A stretch of 62,746 nt of DNA from Chiloscyllium plagiosum (GCF_004010195.1 NC_057718.1:40743632-40806377); one strand, 5' to 3'. Positions 1 through 13,362 are shown, counted from the stretch's first letter. Numbers and translations are program-made. Notes: generated from the letters alone by a model not told the origin.

Positions 1-232
1 GGGGGGGTAGGTATAGGAGAGATGTTAGGGGTAGGTTCTTTACTCAGCGAGTCGTGAGTTCATGGAATGCCCTGCCAGTAGCAGTGGTGGACTCTCCCTC
101 ATTATGAGCATTTAAGCGGGCATTGGATAGGCATATGGAGGATAGTGGGCTAGTGTAGGTTAGGTGGGCTTGGATCGGCGCAACATCGAGGGCCGAAGGG
201 CCTGTACTGCGCTGTATTCTTCTATGTTCTAT
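1..232 (+). mobile_element. CR1-clade (HER1-like) LINE 3' end, truncated by window start
   Basis: Translates to ORF2 C-terminus RDVRGRFFTQRVVSSWNALP..AFKRALDRHM; 3' UTR GGGCCGAAGGGCCTGT and TTCTATG tail repeats. Confidence 0.9.
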
Positions 233-239
233 GATGTGT

Positions 240-530
240 GAATTCAGCAGGTGGCTTTCTTCTGGATGTTGCTGAACCTCTTGTGTGTTATTGGAACTGC
301 ATTCATTCCAGGCAAGAGGAAATTACTCCCATCACCTTCCTGACCTGTGCTTTGTGAAAGGTGGGCAGGTTTTGCAGAGTCAGGAGGTGAGCTACTCACC
401 ACAGAATTCCCAGCTTCTCCTCTGCTCTTCCAACCACAGTATAGCTGATCCAGTTCAGTTTCTGATCAATGATAATCACCAGGATATTGGGCGGATTCAG
501 TAATGGTAATGCCACTGAATGTCGAGGCAC
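240..530 (-). mobile_element. Decayed L2/CR1-superclade LINE fragment (RT C-terminal region)
   Basis: Minus strand gives TFSGITITES and, after a frameshift, ILVIIIDQKLNWIS; same family as 4420-5290, 10100-10345 and 54190-54445. Confidence 0.65.
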
Positions 531-1479
531 TCAACCAGAGTCCTACACTTAGCGTAACTCTGTCATTGATCATCACAGGATCTGCTTTGCCACAATGCAA
601 AAATAAAAGCTGCAATATTGATTTTGAAGGAAATTTATCAATCAAGCCTTGCCACATTGCATACCAAAATTAACTGATGACTATTGGCTGTTCCTCTTAG
701 TGCCTGTCTTCGCCTGCAGTATTACTCATGCACAATGCTACCCTGTGGCTGTAGCAAAACTAGTGGAATGCTATTGACTTTCAGATGAGGAGATTGTAGA
801 TGAGCTTTCTGAACAGCTTTGGCTCTGGAAAGCTCAACTCGGAGTGTTTCATTTCAGAGTGAGTCGTGGCAGTCTGGGCTGGTTAACCAACAGACAAGAA
901 CAAGGGCACTGGCAAGTGTCGCTGGTGGGAAGATAAATGCCATCGTCTTGTTACAGATATGGTGGTTCATGCTCTGTTGAGCCAATGCCAATCCCCCTAG
1001 TTGGCATCTCAGTAAACCTGGTAATCCTGGAGGGCAGCCTGATGGACTGTTGTGTAATCCTATATATCTATCGGAACATTGGTACCTGTGTCCATGATGG
1101 CAGATATCTGGTGCAGTAAGTAAAGCTTCTATATCTATGTTCCAAGCTTCTATTTCAACACTTGGTAGGGCTGCTACGGAAACTGAGACGGATCCATCAT
1201 ATTAGGATCTGCACTGGACAGAAAGCTCTGGGTCAAGTTGGTGCTGGCACTTTTCTGCGCACTTTAACGCTGACCACAGATTTTTGACTCATCCCATCAA
1301 TGCACAAAATATTTCATAGTTTGTACCCATCAGTATTCTTCTCTAGGCTACCCCATCAAAGGGTACGGATGACAGGAAGCAAGAGGTACATGTTTAAATA
1401 CTTGCAGCTGACCAATCAGAAAAGAATGTGGGATGAACAACATGCGAATTGGGAGAAGGAGGATCAACTACGAGGACAG

Positions 1480-2069
1480 TGCAATCTTCGATAATTTCAG
1501 CTCTGCTACCGGCTACATGCTCAGGCCTGCACACTCGCTGATGCTAAGCACTGTCTCCTCGTGATGGTGAGGATATCCAACCTTGCCTGCCCTCCATTCT
1601 TTAGGTGTTGTTGCCCCAAATGAAATGGGTTGTACTTCAAGAGAGATAGATGTCTGTCAATGAGGGTGGCATAATGCCTCTCATTGTATGTAAGTTATGA
1701 GTTCTCAGTGTGAGTTTAGAAATAATACTGTGTATGTGAAACTGGGGTAGAGCTAGGAATATAAGCCATTGACTACGATGATGGAGATAATTGGTAAGTG
1801 AATGATTGGGTTATGGTGCAATGTGGAGTATATCAAGCTACAATTGCAATTGATAGTTTTTCCCAGGCCCTGACCACTCTTGTGAGATCATTGAACGTTT
1901 TACAACACTTCCATCCAGTTCGGATGGACTAAATTCCCAGGATTACTGCCCCCATGACAGAGTTGGTCTGGTCCGTTGTGAATAGGTGACATTTTTCATG
2001 CACTCTACCTCTTGCACTCAGGACAGCAGTACAAAATCCTGGAGTCCACCTATTGCCATGTTGTACCAT
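1480..2069 (-). mobile_element. Relic Myb/SANT-like ORF, PIF/Harbinger ORF1-like
   Basis: Minus strand: MVQHGNRWTPGF (ATG at 2069), IRTGWKCCKTFNDLTRVVR (~1870-1925), NGGQARLDILTI/EETVLSI (~1535-1600); stops and frameshifts present. Confidence 0.55.
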
Positions 2070-4017
2070 TTCAATACCAAAATCATTTTTGGGATAAATT
2101 CCAACACCTATTCCAGCTAAAATGGACCAGCACCTTGAGGTGTGGGGTGACTTTATGTAGTATAGGCCAGTTTGAATTTGTGCCAATCTGTTATGGTTTT
2201 GTGTCCCCTGCAGCCAACCAACAATGTGCTTAGCACTGACTGTACACTATAACCACTTAGGTTAGTCGACAACACAACGTTTGTATGCTTCCTGCTTTGA
2301 AAACAACGTTGCCTGATTCACTGCATCTTTGCAATTTTGCAGACAGTCAAATTTTGTGGCTGTAAATCTATTCTTTGAATCAGCAAAGCGTGGGCAAACA
2401 TTTAGAATTAGGATGTGAAGTATAAATTGAAGGTTATAAAAACATTTTTCACTGGGTTCCTAAATATGGAATTCATTATTGCCAGCCCTCACCACAGCCA
2501 AGTCAATCATAACAATTAAGTGGAGTTAAATTACACAAGTCAGAAACAATATTGCCAGCATAGGATCGGAATGGGTATGTGAAGATGTATACAAATCTGA
2601 TGTAGAGTTGATACAGCCACAGAGCTGATGGGTTGAATGGCTTTCATCTGAGTTCAAATTTCTTCAACACTGATTGTATATTTGTACAGCATACTTTACA
2701 AGCTTGATCTGTAAACTGCCTTGTCCATTTAAGCATTAAATCTAACTCCTGGCTTGAAACATATGATGTGTTTGAAATTGAAATTTATTGATCAGAAAAT
2801 TCCATTTTCATCAAAAGTGGTTACAGGAAATTTCAGGTTTGTTCACTCTTGTGAAGTTAGCTATATGCTAATAATGCTTTTTTTTGTTTACTCCATTTAT
2901 TGAGCTTCTGGAGTACACAATACGTTCACAACCTTTCCAAATTCAGACCCATTCTAGATATTTTCTTGGATTTAGTGGCATTGGATTAATATGCCCCTTA
3001 CAAGCAGTTGTTTCATTTTTATTACCTAATATCCAGTTTTTTCTGCGATTGGTGCAATAAAAGCTCCTATAATTACTGGAAAGAAATATCAGGTAGTGTG
3101 TACAATTGTATCAACAAGTTTCCTCTCTCATTAAAAGTAACAATTTCCCCAGATAATGTGATAGCCATGAGAAAGAATCAATGACCTTCGTTGTCTCAGT
3201 TTCTAGCAGAATGTGAGAAGTATTAATTCTGTAACTGGTTTATCGCTCTTCAAAACTCCAATTGCTGTCAATATCTTAAACCCTGATGAGTTAAATTGTA
3301 TTGAACAGAATTACTGTAATGTCAGTTGCACTAATCTCCTTCCATAGTCTTAACCTAATGGTAAAAAATGATCAAACCTTCCTAGATTTGTCAGGCAGCT
3401 TGATGATACCAAACCACAAATTAAACAAGCAGGCAGGTCTGGAATTAAATAAAGCAATGTCTGGCAATTCTGTGGGTTAAGGCCATTATTGTGTTGGGAT
3501 TTTATACTTGTGGCACTTTCCAATGCTTTATAGGTGACATACACATGAAAGAAAAGTAATTATTTCCCTAATCCAAAGCACGAGTAAATGCTACTTGCAG
3601 GTCATTACGTTTATTTTCCATGAACCACAACACTAACATGAAGTCAATTGTAAACCTTTTCAAGTTACAGATTTTTAGATGTTCAATTGCATGCAAGTGG
3701 TTCTTTGATCACCTGCCCACCATGAAACCTATCAAAAGCATTTCTGTTCCATGACAATGCAGACAGTCTCTGAAGCCAAGACTACAATCACCAATGCGGT
3801 TGCCAGACTGCTCGGGCCCTTTTTGTGACTCAGATATTCTGGCTAACTTTGCAGTGACTGAAAAATCATGAATTATAACAAATTATGGGCAGGTTTGATA
3901 GAAGAGGTTACATATTTCACTTAATTTTCAAAGTGGTATATTCATGCACATTCTGTAATTAATGTGATTGGTGTGTCATCCCCTTTTAAGGAGAAATTTA
4001 AGAACAATTTCAGCTGT

Positions 4018-4243
4018 GGAGGAGGCAGTGATATCACTGGGTTGGTACATCAGCAGCCAGACTAATGTTCTGATGAGGTGGGCTGAAATCCCACCATGAC
4101 AAATGGTGAAATTTGGATTTAATTAAGAAGATAAATCCAAAATATAAGGGTAGCAGTGCAGCGACTCTTTAGCACTATCTGGGTAATTGGGAGGGTCAGT
4201 GAATGCTGGCCTAGCCGCTAACACACATGAATGAATTAAAAAA
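4018..4243 (+). mobile_element. Old tRNA-derived SINE, internally deleted
   Basis: Head/tail similarity to copies at 18148-18400 (+) and 59022-59353 (-); ends GAATGCTGGCCTAGCC..ATGAATGAATTAAAAA. Confidence 0.65.
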
Positions 4244-4419
4244 GAGAATTAATGGCACAGAAACTTTCACAGAGAAAAAGCAGACTGCTACGCAATACAT
4301 AACACACAGTTACAAGGAGTTTAATATTTTAAAGGTAATGTTCAATCTTATGATTAATGATAAAAGAAAATATGAATTGTATTTGTCACTGGTGGTGGAC
4401 AATTTAACAATGATCTGGA

Positions 4420-5290
4420 AAGCTCCACAAAAATCCCCATCCTCAATGATAAGGGAGACCAGCACATCAGTGCAAAATATAAGGCAGAATTATTTGGAAC
4501 AATCTTCAGCAAGGAGTGAAAGCCCCATCTAAGTCTCTTCCCAAAATCTCAAGAAGGAAGACAAGTCTTTAAATAACTCATTTCATTCCCTGGGATGTAA
4601 AGAAACAGCTGAAGGAAAAAAATGCAGCAAAGACTGTGGACCTTGACAATATCCTGGCAGTAGGACTGAAGACTGATGCTCCAGAACAAGCTATTGCTCC
4701 AGTATAGCTACAAAATTGGCATTGCCAAGGTAAGTCCTGACCACAAAAAGCAGAAAAAGTTCAATCCAGCCAATTACTGCACCATCTTGTTATTTATTCA
4801 ATTGTGGGATATGGGCGTGGTTGGCTAGTTGCCCTAGAGACGTTGGTGGAGAGCTGCCTTCTTGAACTGCTGAAGTCCACCAGCTGTAGGTTGACTCCAA
4901 CAAAACTCAAGAATCTTGACATCATTCAAAACAAAAGCAATTCTCTTGATTGGCACCAAGATCAGCAACTTAAACATTCATCCCCTTCACCCCACTGCAC
5001 AGTGGCAGCAGAGTGTACCATATACAAAATGCAAAGCAGCAATTTCCCAAAGTCAAGCCCTTTCAAGCCCATTAACCTGGCCACATAGAAGGACAAGGGC
5101 AGCAGATGCTTTGGAAATCTATCACCTGCAAGGTCCTCCCCAAGTCACACAATATCCCAGATTGGAAGTATATCCCTGTTCTTTCATTATCACTGGGTCA
5201 AAATCTTAGAACTCACTTCTTAACAATGCAACATATGGACTTTCGCACACTCCCTCATTCTTTTAGTGGTCACTTAGTAGGATGGCTTAT
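4420..5290 (+). mobile_element. Decayed L2/CR1-superclade LINE ORF2 pieces
   Basis: Remnants IPILNDKGDQHISAK, NPANYCTI, PTKLKNLDIIQNK; a short opposite-strand 3' piece lies at ~4790-4885. Confidence 0.65.
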
Positions 5291-5887
5291 GGACATGATA
5301 TGGATGAGACAGTGTGATTGGTGAAGTTAGTACGGGATTATACAGAGAATGATACATCCTCAAACCCGATCAGATCATTATATTTTTATCTCACGTTGGC
5401 ACCAGATCCAATTTTTCACATACTAGGTTTTCATTTTTATTTTCTGTTCTGGATGTCTGAAATTTTAATCTCTTTGATCTTTGTTATTCTTCATGAAAGA
5501 ATGTTTTTAATAATATTAGATTATTTTCTCTCACTTGTCTTCTGATATTTGTGTAATATGACTCAAATTATCTCCAACTAGTATTTGTGCAGTGTTGATC
5601 AAGAATGGAATAACAGCTCTGTAATGAACCAGAAAAAACTACCTCTATGGAAAAGTAATGCATTAGAGTATACCAAGAAATGTATGCTAATGAATGTTAT
5701 AGTTTCTGTAATTTTAAGATTTTATGTATATAGAATCCAAAGTATAACCAAAGTGACAAAGGAAGATTAACCATACTTTCCACAGATTTACAAGGCTTTA
5801 ATCAAAAGAAGAAATGGATGAAAAAGTTGTTATAAGTTTACTGAGGTGAAACCAATAATATATTTTGAATCACGACAAATTTGTCAT

Positions 5888-7172
5888 TTAGAGTCATGGA
5901 GATGTATAGCACGGAAACAGACCCTTTGGTCCAACCCGTCCATGCCGACCAGATATCCCAACCCAATCTAGTTCCACCTGCCAGCACTTGGCCCATATCC
6001 CTCCAAACCCTTCCTATTCATATACCTATCCAGATGCCTTTTAAACGTTGCAATTGAACTAGCCTCCAGCACTTCTTCTGGCAGCTCATTCTATACACGT
6101 ACCACCCTTTGGATGGATAAGTTGACTCTTAGGTCTCTTTTACATCTTTCCCCTCTCACCCTAAACCTATGCCCTCTAGTTTTGGAGTCCCCCACCCCAG
6201 GGAAAAGACCTTATCTATTTATCCTATCCATGCCCCTCATGATATTATAAACCTCTATAAGGTCACCACTCAGCCTCTGACATTCCAGGGAAAACAGTCC
6301 CAACCTATTGAATCACTCCCTATAGCTCAAATCCTTCAACTCTGGCAACATCCTTGTGAATCTTTTCTGAACCCTTTCAAGTTTTACAACATCCGTCCGA
6401 AAGGAAGGAGACCAGAATTGCACGCAATATTCCAAAAGTGGCCTAACCAATGTCCTGTACAGCCACATCATGACCTCCCAACTCCTATATTCAATGCTCT
6501 GACCACTATCCTACCTACCTACGACTCCACTTTCAAGGAGCTATGAACCTGCACTCCAAGGTCTCTTTGTTCAACAACACTCCCTAGGATCCTATCATTA
6601 AGTGTATAAGTCCTGCTAAGATTTGCTTTCCCAAAATGTAGCACCTCACACTTTTTAAAATTAAACTCCAGCTGCCACTTCTCAGCCCACTGGCCCATCT
6701 GATGTAACCTTCTTCGCTGTCCACTACACCTCCAATTTTGGTGCCATCAGCAAACTTACTAACTATACCTTTTATGCTCACATCCAAATCATTTATGTAA
6801 ATGATGAAAAGTAGTGGACCCAGCACCGATCCTTGTGGCACTCCACTGGTAACAGGCCTCCAGTCTGAAAAGCAACCCTCCACCATCATCCTCTGTCTTG
6901 TACTTCTGAGCCAGTTCTGTATCCAAATGGTAGTTCTCCCTGCATTCTATGAGACCTTGCTAACCAGTCTCCCATGGGGAACTTTGTTGTATGCCTTACT
7001 GAAGTCCATTTTGATCACATTGCCATCATCAATCCTCTTTGCTATTTCAAAAAATCTCAATCAAATTTGTAAGACATGATTTCCCACACACAAAGCCATG
7101 TTGACTATACCTAATCAGTCCTTGCCTTTCCAAATACATATACATTCTGTCCCTCAGGATTCCCTCCAACAA
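5888..7172 (-). mobile_element. CR1/HER1-like LINE, 5'-truncated, disrupted
   Basis: ORF 6584-6889 has [13 protein letters not shown] and SKFADG (RT motifs); 3' UTR ends ATGACTCTA on minus strand. Confidence 0.95.
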
Positions 7173-7565
7173 CTCTGTGAAAACATTTTCAACAGAAAAC
7201 TTAATTGTTTTGTTTCAGTTGAAAAGAGGCTAAAACAGTTGGTGGTAACACAAATCTCTAACTTTTTATCCTTGATAATATGAAAGTAGATATGCTACTC
7301 CTGCTTTATGACAAAATTACCATCAAAGAGAACCAACCAAGTTCAAACATTGCATTTACAAATCATTTTCTCTCTGCATGGGTCTGAACTCTGCACGGTT
7401 TTATTCCTGAATGGGAAGACTTCCTATTTTGTTTTAGTAAGGTTGCACACAATAAATAAAAGCTTGTTTTAAAATGCAAAATAACTCGTATGGATTACAC
7501 CAAACCGATGAAGGGTCCTGCCCAAAATGCCAACTCTCCAGCTCCTCTTTATCCAGCTCCACATT

Positions 7566-7860
7566 TTAGATTAGATTACTTACAGTGTGGAAACAGGCCC
7601 TTCAGCCCAACAAGTCCACACCGACCTGCCAAAGCGCAACCCCCCTTACATCTAACACTATAGGCAATTTAGCGTGGCCAATTCACCTAACCTGCACATT
7701 TTTTGGACTGTGGGAGGAAACCAGAGCACCCGGAGGAAACCCACGCAGACACAGGGAGAATGTGCAAACTCCACACAGTCAGTCACCTGAGGCGGGAATT
7801 GAACCCAGGTCTCTGGCACTGTGAGGCAGCAGTGCTAACCACTGTGCCACTGTGCTGCCC
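7566..7860 (-). mobile_element. HE1-like V-SINE, full length
   Basis: Minus strand tRNA-like head GGGCAGCACAGTGGCACAGTGGTTAGCACTGCTGCCTCACAG with B box GGTTCAATTCC, central V domain GGTTTCCTCCCACAGTCCAAA, CR1-like tail and (TAATC)n end. Confidence 0.92.
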
Positions 7861-8099
7861 ATAGTAAGAATCATTTTATTGATTCTTACACTAAACTAAC
7901 ACCGCTGAAATTACCATTTATCCAAAGATGATGAAACCAGGCAACTTAATGAACATCAAGAAATTTTCAGTCCTGCTTAATTCTCACTTGTATGATACTT
8001 TAACATATTGGGAGATGAATAGTTGCATGCAGAGTATTCAGATGGAAGGACAATGGAGTTAGATCCACGAATGTACAATTGAACAATATGTTAAACTAA

Positions 8100-8680
8100 C
8101 TGGCCTACTGAGACAAAATAAACTGCTAACTACAGGCCAATTATCTTAATATCTGCCATTGGGAAGATGTTAAGAGCCTAATAATAGGATGTGATAGTAC
8201 AGCATTTAGAAATATAAGAAAAAAATCAAGCAGAGTCAGTATGGCCTCAGAAAGGGGAAAGCATGCCTGACAAATTTATTAGAGGTCTTTGAAGAGTTAA
8301 TATGCAGGATAGATAAAAGAAAAGCAGTAGCTGTATTATATTTGAATTTCAAAAACATACTTGATATGGTACTGCACACAAGACTACTTCACAAAGTAAG
8401 AGCCCACAGAGTTGGGATTACTTTATTAGCATGGATAGAGAATTGTCTAATTAATAAAAGACAGAGAGTTTGGGCAAAGGAGATATTTTCAGGATTGCAA
8501 CCTGCACTTTGTGGAGTGTGTTGAGATCAATGGAGCCACATAGTAATGACTTGGATAATGAAACTGAAAGTACTATTGCCAAGTTTACAGATGCCATGAA
8601 AGTAGGTGGGTAGGCAAGTAGTGAAGATGACACAAAGAGGGATATAAGCAAGTTAAATGAATGAGCAAAAAATTGGCATG
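8100..8680 (+). mobile_element. Old CR1 RT fragment
   Basis: NYRP, GKACLTNLLEVFEE, YLNFKN, AKFTD remnants. Confidence 0.8.
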
Positions 8681-10099
8681 TGTTTCTTGTCTAGTGCTTC
8701 ACTACAGTGCAGATGTATTAATTCTCCATTTCCTGTCACCGTAATGGGACCACACTGACATCGTGATATTTTTGTGATTGAACTGAAAGCAAAGTATGTG
8801 AGAAGTTAAAGTATTGGCAATTATCTGGATTTGTGGTTGTTGAGATTCTTGAATATCTTAAACTCTGCCAGGTTTTTGCCTAACCACTCGTAACATATTT
8901 ATATTGTCTGCAACTTCCTTATGTCTTCTCCACAACATACCTTTCTACCTTTTCTGTTATTGCCTGTGATTTTAGATCCCATTATCTAAGTCATTGATGT
9001 AAATTCTGAAAGGTTGAGGCCCGAGCAGAGACTCCATTTATCATATCTTACCAATCAAAGACTCACTTATGCATAATCTCTACTTTCGGCCAGCCAGCCA
9101 ATCATATATCCATGCTATTGTGCTATCCTCTACATCAAGAGCTTTTATTTTCTGTACTAATGTTTGATGTGGCATTTTACAAATGCCATCTGGAAAGGTT
9201 GTGTCTGCTGACACCTAACAGCATGCTCAGTAGAAAAGATAACTGTCAAACAAATGATAATAAAACAGTGTTTAAAGGCTAGCAAGCACTGAAAAATTAA
9301 TCATGACCTTTTTTTCTGGCATCCTTACAAGCCACTTCCTTTGATCTAACACAATCTTTAACTTCTTTTGTTGGTCATGGTGGCTAAGGTGTGAAATAAT
9401 TCTTTCATCATGTATAATAGGACCACCCTGACATCAAGTGATGTTTATAGGATTAGAAAAAAATGATGCATAAAAGCAATATTATTGGCAATTAACTGAA
9501 TTTGTGGCTGTTCAGATTGTTGAAAATTCACAAGATTTGAAATGTACTTGAACAGTAAGTACTATTGTTGCAAATAAAATACATTACAGACACATGTGGA
9601 ATGGGAGCACTGTGGACACCGACCAGTATTACCAAGGTGTTCTTTGCAGAGTGGACACCATAGGTGCTGTGGTGGCTATTAACCCCCCAAAATCATATTT
9701 TGATTTGAATTGTTAATTTCATTTGAGAGTTTCTTTAGTTATAGTGCTATTTAAAGAGATGTCATTTTGAATTATTTGATTCGAAAGTTCCTTTACAAGT
9801 ATAGTTCTTAACATCTAGCTCTGACCTGATCTCATGAAGTACTCAGGAAGGTACATTGTGTCCTGACTGGAGGAGTAGGATTGTCTCCCACTGCTATGCA
9901 GCGCTGGATTGAAGTGTATCTTTTCCAAGAGAACAAACTATCTTCAAAACAGTTGCTTGCCATAACCATTCTTACAGAATCATATCTTACAGATAATGTC
10001 CCAGCATTTGGGTATTCCTGTACCATCTACAGGACATAACAAACATAGATGGCAGCTCAGTTGTGTACAGTCAGGATGCAGCTGCACTGGGAATCCTCA

Positions 10100-10345
10100 A
10101 CATTAACTCTGAATCTCATGATATCTCTTGGCATCAAGTCAAACATTGGCAAGGAAACCGCCTGTCTCCCACTTTCAACTGATGAATCAGTTCTTCCCTA
10201 TTTTGAACACCACTGGAAGAATGTGGTGGCAAAGACATGGACTGTATTCAGGGTGCAAGACTTCAATGTCCATCACCAACAGGGGCTCAGCAGCATCCAT
10301 GTAGCTGCTAGATTGGCTCTGTGGCAGGTTCGGTGGAAACAACAA
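10100..10345 (+). mobile_element. LINE AP-endonuclease fragment (L2/CR1-superclade)
   Basis: STDESVLPYFEHH...QDFNVHHQ (GDFN-type motif) in ORF 10049-10375. Confidence 0.65.
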
Positions 10346-10428
10346 AGGAATAAAGTTAGATTAGAATCATTCTGACCATTGTGGCACAGACAACTTCACA
10401 CAGGGAAGCTAACACCTTCAATACATTA

Positions 10429-10540
10429 GGCAAAAGTGAATTCTGCAGATGCTGGAAACCAGAGTTTAGATCAGAGTGGTGCTGGAAAAGCATGCTGCCT
10501 GACCTACTGTGCTTTTCCAGCACCACTCTGATTTAAAACT
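10429..10540. mobile_element. Fold-back non-autonomous element from PLE terminus
   Basis: Inverted arms ATCAGAGTGGTGCTGGAAAAGCA / TGCTTTTCCAGCACCACTCTGAT; TSD TTCAATA(C/T)ATTA at 10417-10428 and 10541-10552. Confidence 0.75.
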
Positions 10541-10574
10541 TTCAATATATTATCTGGGCCGCTGTGACACCAAT

Positions 10575-10856
10575 TGTTAACGCTCACTTGAGAATGTAAC
10601 TTTTAAAAAAGTTTTGCAATTTACACATGAAAGAACCTGAAACCAACATAGTCATTCAAATAGATGAGCGACTTAACAAACAATCCAGGTCTTTTTCAAT
10701 ATATAATTTCTATTACATCACACTGTAAACTTTTGCTATAAATTCTGTATCTTAAAATCTTATTCTCCACAACCACCTGATGAATGAACAGTGCTTTGAA
10801 AGTGCTTCAAATAAACCTGTTGGACTATGACCTGTTGTTGTGTGACTTTTAACTTC
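10575..10856 (+). mobile_element. PLE 3' terminus (second family) with decayed hammerhead motif
   Basis: CCTGATGAA..GAAAG followed by AATAAACCTGTTGGACTATGACCTG; homologous to arms of 26727-26867. Confidence 0.6.
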
Positions 10857-11344
10857 ATCAGAGAAGAACATATATTAATATTTGACACTCTGCAACTTTA
10901 TGTATTTGCTATGTAAGTAAATCCAATAATGATCTTCCTCAAAAGAGTTGTCATAACTGTTGACTATGCAATTTGTTTTTTAAATATGATTTATTTTGCT
11001 TTGAAAACCTAGAGAAAATAGATTGTTATTTATTTCAAACTGTTTCCTATAAACTTCAACAGCTAAATATTTTTATTAATTATAATTGGAACAACCTGTA
11101 AAGTCATCAACACTTTAATGTGATTTACTGAGTAAATCAATTGTCTCCGAGTACATTTTATCTTGTTGTTTCAAGAATTTTACGCATAAGGCATAAAATA
11201 CTACAATTTTAACAAGGCAGCTGCAACTTGCAGGAAGCACCCTCCTGGAGTTGTTTTTGTGTTTAAATTCCAGATGAGTTTTGTCAGACTATATCTAATT
11301 AGAGAAGAAACGTAAATACCCTGTGTAGTTTACCCTCAAAATGA

Positions 11345-11416
11345 TGATAGCCAATGATGTCATTACCTTGATAGCCAATGATGTCATTATCTTGATAGCC
11401 AATGATGTTATTATCT
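11345..11416. repeat. 3 x 24-bp tandem repeat
   Basis: TGATAGCCAATGATGTCATTA(C/T)CT units at 11345, 11369, 11393. Confidence 0.95.
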
Positions 11417-11454
11417 TGCAGCTTTATTCCATTACTTTTCTGAAACCAGTAACA

Positions 11455-11560
11455 TGATGAAAATAAAACAGAAAATGCTGGATAAATGCAGCAGGTCTGG
11501 CAGCATCTGTAGAGAGAGAAACAAAGTTAATGTTTCTAGTCAGGAAGACTTCTTGGCAAT
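11455..11560 (-). mobile_element. Old PLE-terminus fragment
   Basis: AAAACAGAAAATGCTGG..GCAGGTCTGGCAGCATCTGT, reverse complement of the tail at 15282-15410. Confidence 0.7.
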
Positions 11561-13334
11561 CTGGTAGAAATATCTCTATTTCCACTCACCACATTTGAAA
11601 AGGAAAATCTAATTGTCTAGCAGTATTAAGCATCTCTTACGAAATCCCTATCATCCTCAAATAAATGGGAGTTATGGTCAGGAATATCCAGTGCATTTTG
11701 TTGCTAAGGATAAATTAATTGATTGATCTCATTTTTCATTGACTTACAGATATCTTGTAAAAGAGTATAAAGCGAAGTCTAGTTTTAATCATCCCTAGTA
11801 ATTTCCTGGAATGCTGTACAGGGTGCTCTGAACTCAGTAATAGGATGTATCAGTGTGCCTGTCTTAAATATCGAAAAAAATTGATTTATTTCACAAACAT
11901 TAATAACAGGGCTATGATGTTGACTCATGAGCTGGCAATAGCCATTCATCAAAAACAATTACTATGACCTAACTGCCATAAAGTGTCAGCTTACATCTCA
12001 CAGGCTTTGCGTGAGCCAGCATATGTCAACATTGACTACTTTTACAATGTTCAAAGAATCACTTTAAAGTCAGAGTATTCCTAACACATCTCTTTGAAGT
12101 CCACTGTGATTGATCTGTATAGTAAAAATGATAAGATAGTAACAGCTCTTTTCATTCTTCTTGGAGAGATGTTCTACTCACATTCATTACCATCCAAACT
12201 AAACACTTTTAAGTTTTCATTTCAATCCTTTATTTGAATAAGAATGCAATTGGGATTTAAGTTGTGGTCAGCAATTCTCTGCTTTCAATCTCCATCTTGA
12301 GGTACATCAAACCAGAATGGAAACGAGTCATCCTTGATCCCAGGACACTGTCTAAGAAGAATATGAGGCAGCTTTCAATCTGGTAGGGCATGATAAACAA
12401 AAATAAAAATGGGTCTGGAACAGAGAAGGGAGATAATTACTGGTCAGTTATTATATACTAGAAATATAGAACAGTCAAGAACCGTCCTAGCCACATGAGC
12501 AGTGAGGCAAGACTTTTTTGTAGACTATTGCCCACCTTAAATGACGGTTTATGGGACTCTCATAGTGTCAACCAGAAACATATATAGAGTCAGTCAGGCA
12601 TTCAGCAACATGCAGGCTTCCTTAAGCTAACTGTTTGGATGAAGATATAATTTTTATAGCTGTCTGTTAAGGAATTGCAATCCGTTCCTTGGAAGGACAA
12701 ATAAAGTGTTGTATAGGAAGCAAAATAATCATATAACATGTTTAATTTTTCACTGAAACTACCACACTGTGCTTTATAATTCCTAATGACAACAATCAAT
12801 CTGGTAGAATGTACAAAGTGATCTTTTTATCCTGCCAATAACTTCCTGTTCAATCGATGTGCCACAATTTTAGTTATTAAATAAAAAGTCTAACTTTGTA
12901 TTAGAATTAGGGGTTTTGAATGCAGAATGATATGAATGCAACAAAATGTTAAATAGCCACATGTTTGTGATCAGTTATTAGCATTCCAACATTTTCAAAC
13001 TACAAATGACTGTTGCGTCATTACTGGCAATTGAACACAATAAGCATCATTTTGTTGGTATCAATTTAATCTAAAACATAAGTGAATAGAGTACACCCCA
13101 TACAGGCAAATCCACACTCTCTGGCACTGTCTCCCACAAAGAAATATCCAGTCCCTATTTTTTAGGGTAAGTTTACTGTGTGAGATGGGAGGTGGCTTTT
13201 TTTAATTTGTCAACATTGGAAGTTGTAACATAGATCTCCAAATGATTGCACTCACAGCAATACCCCCTGCTGTTGAAAAATGTGGTGCTGGAAAAACACA
13301 GCAGGCCAGGCAGCATCCGAGGAGCAGGACAATC

Positions 13335-13362
13335 GACGTTTCGGGCATAAGCCCTTCTTCAG
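13335..13362 (-). ncRNA. Minimal hammerhead ribozyme motif (PLE type)
   Basis: Minus strand CTGAAGA-A-GGGC TTAT GCCC-GAAAC-GTC. Confidence 0.7.

Noticed and set aside
3348..3480. Plus-strand acceptor with 43-codon open frame
   Set aside because: No convincing donor and no recognisable peptide; within chance expectation.
7780..7860. tRNA-like A/B boxes (also at ~50000, ~57400)
   Set aside because: SINE heads attached to V domain and LINE tail, not tRNA genes.
9832..10026. 64-aa minus-strand ORF preceded by CTGTAG
   Set aside because: Weak pyrimidine tract, no recognisable motif, no good donor.
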